From the NCBI GenBank assembly GCA_025558095.1, contig JAIVFI010000032.1:434001-498000 (forward strand): 64,000 nucleotides of DNA, given 5' to 3'. Each line of letters opens with the position of its first letter. The stretch's first letter is position 1. The DNA comes from Hyaloraphidium curvatum SAG 235-1 (Eukaryota; Fungi; Monoblepharomycota). Made by a program: the position numbers and the translations under genes. The notes under the pieces are model-generated. The model ran no database searches. It was not told the DNA's origin and worked only from the letters and a program-made list of their open reading frames with translations. This document shows positions 46,358 through 57,103 of this stretch, one piece after another.

Positions 46358-47197
46358 CGCGGTGGCTGCGCGTCGGCGGTGGTCGGCAGACGAGCAACGA
46401 TCGAACAAGCGGTCCAGTTGACGAGCAAGATGTCCTCAGGCCGTATCTCTGTGCTCGAGCGTGGGTGGTCGGAGTTGCGTGCTTCTCAGGGTCCCCTCTT
46501 GACTTTCGTCCTTGTTCGTCCTGCGACACCGTTCGCAGGGGTGGTTCAGTATACCACATCTCGGGTCGATACCGAACGCATTCCTCATTCCTTCCTCCAA
46601 ACCGCCACAGACCCGCGATGCCCGATCCGAACGCGTCTCCGGCCCCCTCCGCCCTGTCTCCCCTCATCCTCGACCACCTCTCGGGGCCCAGCATGCCCTC
46701 CGCCCCAGGATTTCAAACGAATTAGAAGAACAGCGTGCTCATTGCAGACCGCATACAGCTTCCGGTACGTATTGTCGGCTAGATCGCCCTCTTTCGGTGG
46801 GACGATGCGGGCTCCCGCGAGGACTGTGCGAGGAGGTGGGGACACCACGATCGCCACCCTAAAGAGAGAAGGATGGCAGCCGGTCGGGAGCAGCTGATTC
46901 CGGGTGATGCGACGATCGAGGCCGACGGCGGCTGATGGGTGCCGACGGTGCCGACAGGGCCGACGAGGTTGGGTGAGCCTCGGGGTCCCCGGGAGCCATC
47001 CACCAGACGGATCCTGGCCGGAATAAATTCAGAGATGCAGGAGGACCACAGCAGATGTAATGGGAGCTCCGTTGCTGCCCGTCACTGCGTTGAAGTCGGC
47101 CCGATCGATCAGGGACGGTGAGCCCCCGCCGGCGCCCCCAGCCGCAGGCACGATCCCCCACCGCCTCCCCCCGCGCATCGCGCCCGCCCCCGCCGCG

Positions 47198-48751
47198 ATG
47201 GGCCTCCGCCGCTCGGCGCCGGCGTTCCTCTTTGCGGCCCTCGCGCTGCTGCAGCTGCTCCGCCCCGCGGGAGCGCAGGTCGTGCAGCGCAACAACGGCG
47301 GCAGCGGGACGCGGACCACCGTGTACTACGCCGCCCAGACATGGTCAGTTCCACGCAGCCTGGTCGGGAAGTGATGTGCGCGTGTCTGGGAGGCCGCGGC
47401 GGGGCGGATCCGGGCGATGCCGTCGGATTCGTCGGGGCCGACAGGATGTGACTGACCCCTCCCGCCGCCCCCCCCGCGCACCCCCGCCCCGATCCGATCA
47501 GCTGCCCCGGCTGCTCGTATGATACCGATTGCTGGTGCGTCCGCCGTCCACCGGCGTCGTGACCCCGCTCACCCGCCCCCAGCTGCGCCCGCGGCGTCCG
47601 GGCCGCCACGACAACTGTCACGACAACAATCACCTCCGGCACCACCGACACCCCGACCGACCCCGTGACGCCCACCATCACGCTGACCCCCGCGCCCACC
47701 GTCGTCTTTGCCCGCGACGCCCCCCGCCGCCTCGAGGCGCGCGACGAGCCCGACCCGACCTCGCCGATGCTCGAGAACCTCGGCGCCGAGCTCGTGGACG
47801 AGGAGGCGTTCGCCGAGAGCCCGGCGCACCGGCTGTTTGCCAGGCACCTGTGCCCGTCGTGCAGGCCGGGGGTCAACATCACCTCGCCCGTGCGCAAGAA
47901 CGGCAGGCTCCTCGCGAGGACCAACGGGGGGAGCAGCGGCGACGTCGTTGTCCAGGAATTCTGCTGCACGAGGCCGACCGTCACCGTAACGGCGACCGCG
48001 GTGGTCCGCAGGGGACCAGTGGGTTGCCGTGCGCGGCCGGACCGGACTCGAATTCTGACCACCGCTGTGACAGCTCCCGACCGTCACGGGCCGCATGTAC
48101 ACCTCCTCCAACCGCAACGCCAACTTCCGGGCCGGGGTTGACCAGCCCGCCGCCAACACCAACATCGTCCTCCTCTCCGGCTCCTCGACCATCTCGTCCG
48201 CCAAGACCGACAAGGACGGCGTCTTCCGGTTCAAGCTCTCCCGGCAGGCCAAGCCCCGCGAAAAGTTCACAGTCGCCCGCTCCGGCAACACCCGCTCGGC
48301 GCTGGCGACGGTGACCGCCGACGCGACGGGCAAGCTCCCCGCCTCGATCCGCGTGGCCCTGGCCCCCGCCCCGCCCGCCGCCCCGCGCATCTCGGCCGTG
48401 CAGCCCGCCGCGGGCGGCGCGGCACGCAGCACCTACGCCGCGGGGACCGAGGTCGTCGCCACCGGCACCTCGCCGGCGGGGGCGACGGTGGAGATCTACG
48501 ACGCGGGGGTGCTCATCTGGCTCGGCCAGGCGAGCGGGACGGCGTGGTCGGTGCCACTGGGGAGGCTGGCGCCGGGGACGCACACGCTGACGGCCAAGTC
48601 GGTGGTCGGTGGGTACACCCGCGCGCCCGTCGAAACGAGGATTCGGGGCTGACCAATGGCTTCCATTGCAGGGTGCCAAAAATCCGCCTCCTCCTCCGTC
48701 TTCCGCGTCACCGTCTCGAACCCCGCCTCGTGCCCCTCGGGGGCCAAGTGA
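47198..48751 (+). CDS. Secreted Cys/Thr-rich protein with SdrD-B-like and bacterial Ig-like domains; about 4 introns
   Basis: Signal peptide; CCPGC..CCC; RLFARHLCPSC...CC; TVTGRMY..NRNANF..GVDQP..TDKDGVFRF; GTSPAGATVEIYD...LAPGTHTLTA/..SASSSVFRVTV. Confidence 0.7.
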
Positions 48752-49465
48752 TCACCGCCGTTTGGCAACACCTCGCCCGCATGGTGCGGGCCGCGTTGGG
48801 GATTGGAAGGCTGCGTCGCGCCGTCGTCTCGGCGAACCGTGTATGTCGCATGGGACATGAAATATCTATCGCTTTGGGACCACCGTGAGGGAGTAGTGGT
48901 CCCCAATATCCCGGCGTGTCCGATGGCGGATGGGGGTGGGTTGGGGATTGGCGGTGGGGGTGGCCGTACGAGCGAGTGAGCGGCCGGCCGGTGGCGAAAG
49001 CCCGCAGGTTCGGAAGGCGGTCGCGGGTCCGAGGGCAGGAGATCGCGGGCGCAGCACTCGGTCCAGGGGAGCTTTTGTCCGATCCGGGATGCAGCCTGTG
49101 CGGCACGGGCCCGGGATCGGTTCGTTGGGATAGTGGGTGCCACTGGGTGCTGGGTCTAACCATGGGGGACGGACCGGGCAGTCCCGGCCGTGTCCCGACC
49201 GGAACCGTGCCGTTCAAACGACGGATATGATCGCAGGCGATGCCAGCCCTTGCTTTGGGGACCCGAGCCCGGCTGTGGGCACGACGAAGCTTCCGAATTC
49301 CTTCCCAAAGCGGGAAAAATGGACCCGGCCGCGCACAAAAGCCGGCTGGACCGACCCCCCCCTTCCGCTCCGCGAAAAACCCGGCATCCCCCCGCACCAC
49401 CGAGGCCCCGTAGCCGCGCAGAACAGCACCGCCCGTCTCCGCTTCAAGCCGAGCAAGCAAGCCAG

Positions 49466-51508
49466 ATGGTCCGCAACGCCACGCTCGCCGCCCTCGCAGT
49501 GGCGTCGGCCCTCGCCGCGCTGGTTTCAGGCATCGACGCCACCCCCATCATCTTCGAGCGCCAGGTCTGCCGCCCTCCGCCACTGCCTTCCCGTGATGGA
49601 CATCGCCTGACCCGTCCCTTCCCGCTCCTCCCCTCCCGCGATGCCTCGCCCAGGCGGCCGACCCCGCCTGCGTCGCCCCGCAGGGCGCCGCGCCCGTGCA
49701 GATGGCCAAGCTCTGGACCTGCATGCAGCACGGCACCGGCGCCGCTTCCTACATCGCCGTCTCGACGACCCCCGGCGGTAACCCGGCGTGCCTGAGCAGG
49801 GACGCGAGGAACTGCATCTGGACCTCGGACGAGTGCTGCAAGGGCCTGGTCAACACCGCGGGATCCACGGCTCCTTTCCTCGAGTGAGTGTGGATGAGCG
49901 AGCCTGCGCTCTCTCGTGCGGATGGTGGATGGGCCCGCTGCGTCCGGCGTTGCCTGCCTTGTCTCGATTCGTTGATCAACCGCTGATCACCTCCCCTTCC
50001 GCCCTTCCGCAGGTGCGGCCCTCCCCACGCCGCCATTTGGGGCGACTCCGGCATGGTCGATCCGGAGGGATGGTGCATGAAGGCCATGGACATGCTCGGC
50101 GACGAGGACCTCGGCGAGGCCAGCCGCGGCCGCGTGTTCATCAGCGACAACGAGACCGCCACCGTGCACGTCGTCAGCCTTGACGGGTCCTCCAGCAGCG
50201 AGAGGGCTTCCTTCGTCAGGTCCATCCCGGTGGGATACAAAGGCGCGTCGGTGCAGGCCAACGCGGACGGCAGGTTCGCCTTCCTGGCGCACTACGCAAA
50301 CGGAAGCAGTGGGTGCTCACCGACGGGCCTGGCTTTTGCTCGTTACCGACTTTTCGTCACTGCTATTCAGTCGAGGTCATCGACTCCGGGCTTTACCTCG
50401 AGGCGCACGACGATCATTTCCACCTCGAAGACGCCGGCGCTTCCCTTCACCCGTTCGCCATGCGCGGTACCAGGCCCACCCACATCAACGTCCATGATGG
50501 TCTCGGTGAGTTGATGCATTCGATCAGGCGCTAGTGATGCCAACGCGCCTCGATGCAGTTGTATACTTCTTCGACGGGGACGCCTCCACCAATGCCACGG
50601 TCGCCTACTACAATGCCTCGGACCTCGAGGCCAAGAACGCGACCATCACCCCGCGGACCTTCGTCGCCGCCGTCGGGCACCACGGCACTGCCGTGCCGCA
50701 CCAGGGCTACTTCGTCGTTTCGACCTCGCGCAAGAACGGCACCACGGGTTCCCCGGTCGCATCGGGCGTCACCGTCAGGCCCATCTCCGATCCCACCAGG
50801 GTGATCTACGAGGCCGACAACTGGTCAGTAAGCCCAGTTGCGGTTGCCGCGATAGACGCGGCGCTGACGTGGTTGGAACGCAGCACCTCCCTGCACGGAG
50901 AAGCCACCGCCGGCACGCACATCGTCTTCGGCTGCATCGAGGGCCTCCTGGACGTCGATATCGTCAACGGAACCGTCACTCACAAGCTCGTCCCCTACCC
51001 GGCCAACTCCACTGGGCGTGTCGGCACCCTCAAGTCCCACCACGACCTGGACTTGACCGTGGCCGTGCAGGGCAACTCAGTTGTGGGTCTCTTTCGGACA
51101 CTTTTGGCCAGCGGGCAGCTGACTTTCCTTTGATTCAAGCTCTCGTACAACACCACCAGCGGCACCCTCCTCAGCAAAGGCCTTCCCGGCGGCACCAGGC
51201 CCTATCGCTTCGACATCTCGGCCGACAAGAGCTTCGTGGTCCTCGACGCCAACGGTACCCTCCACCAGCTCGACCCCGTGACCCTGGATCCGATCGCCGG
51301 GAAGCAGGCCATCCGCACCATCGGCGACGAGGCCAAGGGCATGCTCGCCGTCGGCGGCGACAGGGCCGTGGTCACCAAGGCCGGCGAAAGCACGGTGCAG
51401 GTCGTCGACCTCGAAGGCAACAGGATTAGGGGCAACGTGACCATCCCCGGAAAGCCCTACGCGATGGCGGTGGCCGGCGTGGTTTCCGCGGAGCCTCACG
51501 ACCATTGA
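49466..51508 (+). CDS. Secreted AztD-like zinc-binding beta-propeller fused to an N-terminal Cys-rich module; 6 introns
   Basis: Spliced product: IDSGLYLEAHDDHFH, RPTHINVHDG, FFDGD, GHHGTAVP, CTSLHGEA, FGCIEGLL; ends EPHDH. Confidence 0.75.
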
Positions 51509-51713
51509 AGGATTTAGAGCGAGGCTGCGAGGCTGCAGCGCAGACATTGGGGCTTAGAAAAGCGAAAGTTGGTGACGGGGTTTGTTTTTCGAACGCGGAG
51601 GCATGCATCTCCTTTGCTGCTGCAGAGCCATTTTTCTATAGAAGACGCGAGAGGAGCGTGCGTCAGCTCTCCTCTTCCTCACAGCGATTGACTCTCACGA
51701 GATTGCCTGTTCA

Positions 51714-52586
51714 TCACTTGTCCGCCTCCTTCAGCAAACGCTCCACATCCTCCTCCTTGCACAAGCCATCCAGGAACAGCGTCCATTGCGCGACCATCTG
51801 CGGGTAGTACATGTCCGTCCCCGGGATGTGCAGGATCCCGTTGGCATCGCAACGTTCGCGCAGCACGGCGCCGGGCATCTCGTGGTCGAACGCCGCGCGG
51901 GCGCCCGACAGCGCGGGGAGGAAGTGGGGCACCGTGTCTAGGGCTGCGTCGCCGATGGGCGCCGCGTTGACGAACAGGTCCGCTTGCGCACCGTCGGGGA
52001 ACGGTTCGGCGCCCAGCTTGGACGCAGCCTCCCTTGCTGCATCCGGCCGCCGCCCCGTAATAAAAACCTTCAACCCCATCGTCTTCAGCACGTGGACAAC
52101 GGCGGGCGTCACGCCCCCATAGCCGTAAACCACGGCTGACCGCGCCTCGATTCCCGCCTTTGCCAGACCGTCCCGCACCGCGATCTGGAACCCCAACGCG
52201 TCCGTATTGTACCCCTTCAGATTCAAGGTGCCGCGTTCCCTGACCACCGTGTTGACGGACCCCACTGCCCGCGCGAGGGGGTCCAGCGAGTCCAAGAACG
52301 GCACCACGGCGGCCTTGATGTCCCGAGATATCGCGCCGCCCACGGAATCGAGACCGCGGAGGGCCCAGACAAACCGTTGCGGGGAGATTTTGCCGCCGGG
52401 TTCGTCGCTGGAGATGGGGAGATACGCGATGTCGGCGCCGAGTAGTTCTTGAAGCAGTTTGTTGTACCGCCGCACGGAGGAGGGGCGCCCCGAGGTGGAG
52501 ACGATCAGGCGGGTAGAGGCGGTGATCCGGACCCCGGTGGACGCGTCCTGGCTCGCTAGAGGGGCGGCTGCCGGGTGGGGAGACAT
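51714..52586 (-). CDS. Stand-alone shikimate/quinate dehydrogenase-like protein (AroE family), intronless
   Basis: LDSLDPLARAVGSVNTVV, GYNTDALGF, VYGYGGV, LFVNAAPIG, PGTDMYYPQ. Confidence 0.85.
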   Translation of the reverse strand: MSPHPAAAPLASQDASTGVRITASTRLIVSTSGRPSSVRRYNKLLQELLGADIAYLPISSDEPGGKISPQRFVWALRGLDSVGGAISRDIKAAVVPFLDSLDPLARAVGSVNTVVRERGTLNLKGYNTDALGFQIAVRDGLAKAGIEARSAVVYGYGGVTPAVVHVLKTMGLKVFITGRRPDAAREAASKLGAEPFPDGAQADLFVNAAPIGDAALDTVPHFLPALSGARAAFDHEMPGAVLRERCDANGILHIPGTDMYYPQMVAQWTLFLDGLCKEEDVERLLKEADK

Positions 52587-52675
52587 TGGAGTTGAACCCT
52601 GGCCATCGGCGATGCCCTCCTGAACCCGCCAGATTGCTCTTCAAGTTCGTAGCAATACGGCACGTTCAATGAATC

Positions 52676-52705
52676 TATCGACACACATGGTATCGACACA
52701 CATGG
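52676..52705. repeat. Perfect 15-bp tandem duplication (TATCGACACACATGG x2)
   Basis: Seen directly in the intergenic DNA upstream of the aroE-like gene. Confidence 0.85.
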
Positions 52706-52756
52706 CACGATTTTCGACCTGCGATCCACGGATGCTTCTTCTGCGCCAACGGCGTG

Positions 52757-55054
52757 CTACGGGCACGGCTTCCTGGACCTTACGACGAGATCTGCGGAGG
52801 GAAGGGATGCATCAGCATCTCCGAGAAAAAAGGATCCGTTGTAGAAGAACTCACTGGCAACAAGGTGGAAATCGGTCTCGTCACCTGTGCTGGAAGATAG
52901 CCCGATGTTGAACGTCTTGGGGATTGGAGTTGGGGCGGGCAGGCTTGTAACGTTCTTGACTGCGGCAAGTTCATGAGAGACGAAAACAGCAAGCATGGTG
53001 ACCGAAACTCACATCCGTTGCCATCGTTGAGATCCAGCTCCACGGTCAGCAATTGGGGTCCCTCGTCGGCCGGTGTCAGCGTGACGCGGACGGTCCTCCT
53101 GCCCGCATCAACATTGTCGTTGTTGTAGTCCTTGAGCCCCATGATGCGGTTCGAGGTGGCCAGCCAGCAGTACCCCTTGTCGCTGTTGCCCGGCCCGCGA
53201 ACCGTGATGACGCCCCCGGTGCGCATCGTGGGCGGCAACTGGGCGCCGTAGGTGCAATTCATGCCCTTGAACCTGGTGGTTGTCTCGGCATCCAGGGCAA
53301 AGTTCCCCCAGACATCGATCCCGACCCCAAGGTAGCCGTTGGCGACGCCGGGATAGGTGGTGAGCTGGCCCAAGCGGTTGATGACGCCAAGGGCCGCGTA
53401 GCCCAGCGAACCGCCCGACGGGCCTGCGGATGTGAGGCTGAACTGGCCGTCCGAGAGGAACAAGGCGATCCCGTCGGCGCCGGTGCCGCCGATCTGCCAT
53501 TGGTCGAAGGTGACCTCGAATCCGTCGGCGGCACTCGTGGCGCGGCGGAGGAGCACGGAGCCGACGGCGTACTTGGCGTTCGTCGTAAGGCGAAGGCCAG
53601 TGAACGGGACCGTGGGCTCGAGGGGCTTTGACGGATTCTGCGGTGCAGGGAAAGAGACGTTGCAGCTGCCACGGGTGGCGGCGCTGACGATGCAAGCCTG
53701 GTCGAGGAGCATGTCGCTGGTAGGCAGATTGGCGTCGTCGAAACGCTGCTCGAAAAGGAGGCAGCCCTGACCTGGGCCAGGTGGGCCAAGAGGACCGGAG
53801 AATGTCGTCTATAGACTCGGGGATCAGCCTGACGTTCTCATCGAAACCCCAGACGAGTCTCACCGTCGATGGAGTCGCACTGCTGGTGCTTCGGGTGGCA
53901 GTCGTTGCCGTCGTCAGTGACGGTGTTGCCGTGGTCGTTGACTGAGTTGCCGTGGTCCTTGACGGAATGGAAGATGGCGGCGCGGTTGGTGGAGCCGCTT
54001 CGGTCGTTCCGGGTGGAGCCGACTCCGTCGTTCCGGGCGACGGCGCAGGCGGCGAGGGAGCAGGAGGCGCAGAAGTAGCCGTAGCGTCTTGCGATGCCGT
54101 CGACGCCGATGGAGCAGCGGCACTCGTTGAAGCAGCCGGCGGGGTGATGGGGATGAGGAATGACGCACCCCCGGTGGCGTCCACCACGGCCTGCGCGAGG
54201 ATCGCGCCGGTCGCAGGGTCGACTGCGGTAACCGGCGCGCCGCGAGGCTGCGGGGGGACGTTCATGGTGAACCGGCCCTGGGCGTCGGTCGTGACAGTGC
54301 CCAGGAGCCTGGACGAGGGGGCTCGCGCCTTGGATGCCGTGCCCACGAGGAGCTGGATCCTCGCGTTGCCCAGCGGGGTGTCGGGCGGCGAGCTGAACAT
54401 CCCGTTGCTGTCGAGGTCGTTCCAAATCCTCCCGGCGATGGTCGCCAACGGAATCTGGGAAACATGGTATGCGCGGCCATCGTTAAGTAAAGGATGACAG
54501 GTGACGGTGATGAGGGCACGGTCTGCGTGGTCCGGAACGAGCACCCACCCTGGCCACCGTCCTCGTCCTTGTCCGCGTGACTGTCTTGCGTGCAGGGCAG
54601 CAGAGCTGTGCGTTCGAAGCGGCGATGCCCCTTGCGATGGCCTGGGCGACTGACATAGCGGATCGGCCGGCCGGGCACCGTGGGCAGAGGTGCCTGGCCC
54701 AGAGGCGCGGACCTTCGGAGACCTCATAGGCCAGCGCACTGTCGTCGTCTGCCTCGTGGTCTCGGGCGTACAGCCTCGGCGACTTGACGGTTACGGTGGC
54801 CGTGCGGACCACGGTGACAGGTCGGGCGTCTGCGGCCGCACAGCAGCAAGGGCCGTAGTTTGCGGCTTTGGGCCGACACTGCGGGTGGAGAAGCGGTCCG
54901 GATATGAGCGTTTGGGGAATCGTAGCGGCCGGAGCTATCCCACGGTGGAGCCGGCCACAAGCGGGCGCGGTCCGGCGGCGGCGACGGGATGAGCGCCGAT
55001 TACGAACAGGGCGGCCAGAACCGCGGCACAGGCGAGCAGGGCTCGTGCCTCCAT
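52757..55054 (-). CDS. Secreted protein: Cys-rich motif + SdrD-B-like domain + Ser/Thr/Pro linker + bacterial-type legume (L-type) lectin domain; about 5 introns
   Basis: Signal MEARALLACAAVLAALFVIG; RLWARHLCPRC...CC; IAGRIWNDLDSNG..DTPL..TTDAQGRF; LRLT, GADGIALFL, GGSLGY, GYLGVGIDVWGNF, IGLSSSTG. Confidence 0.78.
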
Positions 55055-55874
55055 TCTCAGCGCAGCTGCAGCGGACACGGTGTAGGCCGAAGCGTGGGGG
55101 ACTTCGGCAGGTCAGCAGGTGGAATTGCGCCGCTCCGGCCGCATCGGGCCGCTTGGCCGTGGCGCAACCTGGCCGAAACTCGCGCACGACGGCCTTGTAG
55201 TTTCCTATCGCTCGATCCAGAATGCCCGGTGTGAGCTCACCATCCAGTGCTGCTGGGTGAGGCCATCTTGGCGGTTCTGGCGGCTCGGCGCTCGACGGCT
55301 GCGGACGTTTGCGGAAGGGACCGTCGGTCCAGACCGTCACCATTCGGCCACATCGAAAAGCCTATCCCACGGTGCAATGCGGAGCCTACGTACATGATGC
55401 TGCACAGCTTAAGTAGGCCCTCGGGAACCCCCGCCACACCCACCTTCACCCCCAGCCCTACCGCCTCCTCCTTTTGGCCAGCGAAAATGTACATCCGCTC
55501 GCAGGGCGGCCCGGCCGAGGGCGCTGCCAACGCGAGCGGGCCCAAGGATTCCCGAGGAGAACTCGGAACCAGTGGCGTGGTGCCCCTCTGGAATGCGTAC
55601 CTGGAACGGGGCGATCGCCCTGCAGCATGCCGGAGTACAGGAATGCGCGCCGGTCTCGGCGTTTCTGGCCTTGATCGAGGGCTTGGATCGAGCGAACGAC
55701 TTGCAATTATTCAAGTGTATCGTATCTTCTCTCGGAAGGAAGAGTCTTCCGAGCTGCTCAACGAAGGCCCTGTTGTTGTCTTGTGTTTGCGTGTTTGACG
55801 AATACCGCTGTGGACCTTGTCGTGCCGTCCGATCACCGTGGACCCTGTCCCCGTATGTCTTTCCGAACGGCGAG

Positions 55875-56846
55875 ATGAGGACCGGTGTCGTGCTCGCGGC
55901 CGTTGCCGCGGCCACCGCGGGCCTCATCGGCCTCGCCGCGCGCTCCGTCGCCCGCGAGGCCGCCCGCCTGCGCGCCCTTCCCGACCCGATCCCGCGCGCC
56001 GAGCTGTTCGCCGACCCGCCCGGCGCCGTCACCCACACCACGCGGCCCGACGGCACGAAGCTGCGCGTCGTCGACACGGGCGGCGACGGGCCCGCGGTGG
56101 TGCTCTCGCACGGCTACGGCGTCACCGCCAAGACGTGGAACGTCGTCGCCCACGCCCTGGCCAAGAAGGGGTTCAGGGTCGTCACGTTCGACCAGCGCGG
56201 CCACGGCGGATCGACCGTCGGCGCCGACGGCATCGCCACCCTCCCCATGGCCGGCGACCTCGTCGCCGTCTTCGACCACGCCGGCGTCACGGACGCCGTG
56301 CTGGTCGGCCACTCCATGGCCGGCTTTCTGTCCATCGCCGCGCTCACCGAGCTCGACGGCCTCGCCTCCAAACTGAAGGGCCTGATCCTGTTCGCCTCGT
56401 TCGCGGGCGACGTGGGCCGCAACGCGCCGCAGAACAAGGTCCAGATCCCGCTGATCAAGTGGGGCATCCTGCAGCGCATCGTCTCGGGGGACGACGTCGG
56501 CGCGCTCTTTGCCGCCTCGATCCTGGGGGACCGCCCGTTCCCGGCGGCCATCGACGCCTTCCTCTCCGAGTTCCGCGCGCAGGACCTGGCCCGCCTCACG
56601 CCCATCCTCGAGGCCTTCGAGAAGGAGGACCGCGGGCCGCTGCTCCCCAGGATCACCGTGCCGACGGTGGTCATCTGCGGCAAGGCGGACAAGACCACGC
56701 CCCCGTGGCAGACGGCCAGGCTGGTCGAGGGGATCCCCGGGGCCAGGGAGGTCTTGGTCGAGGGGGCGGGGCACATGCTCAACTGGGAAGCACCGGATGC
56801 GCTGGTCGAGGCCGTGGTGGAGCTCAGCGGGAAGGGCGGGGCTTGA
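55875..56846 (+). CDS. Alpha/beta hydrolase, intronless
   Basis: DGTKL, VLSHGY, FDQRGHGGS, LVGHSMAG, GKADKTTP, GAGHMLNWEAP. Confidence 0.9.
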   Translation: MRTGVVLAAVAAATAGLIGLAARSVAREAARLRALPDPIPRAELFADPPGAVTHTTRPDGTKLRVVDTGGDGPAVVLSHGYGVTAKTWNVVAHALAKKGFRVVTFDQRGHGGSTVGADGIATLPMAGDLVAVFDHAGVTDAVLVGHSMAGFLSIAALTELDGLASKLKGLILFASFAGDVGRNAPQNKVQIPLIKWGILQRIVSGDDVGALFAASILGDRPFPAAIDAFLSEFRAQDLARLTPILEAFEKEDRGPLLPRITVPTVVICGKADKTTPPWQTARLVEGIPGAREVLVEGAGHMLNWEAPDALVEAVVELSGKGGA

Positions 56847-57103
56847 CGTGGGGTTCGACGATCGTGACTGGACCGTGGAACCCAGGTATAGGTATATGTT
56901 ATGTATTCAGTCCTTGGATCGAGTTATGTGGGTGTTGCGAAGCCATGGCCTCCTTTTCCCTTTCCCTTCTTTCGACTCGCCCGCCCGCACCGGACATCCC
57001 GGGACAAACACCGCACCCCAATCTCGCAGCAGAACCATGCATTCAGCACCTTCCCGTGCAACAGCGAACAGCAGAACAGCAGGCAGCAAAACGGCAAAGC
57101 AAA

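Noticed and set aside
52676-52705. 15-bp direct repeat as a CRISPR array or target-site duplication
   Set aside because: Only two adjacent copies, with no spacer or inserted element; a simple tandem duplication.
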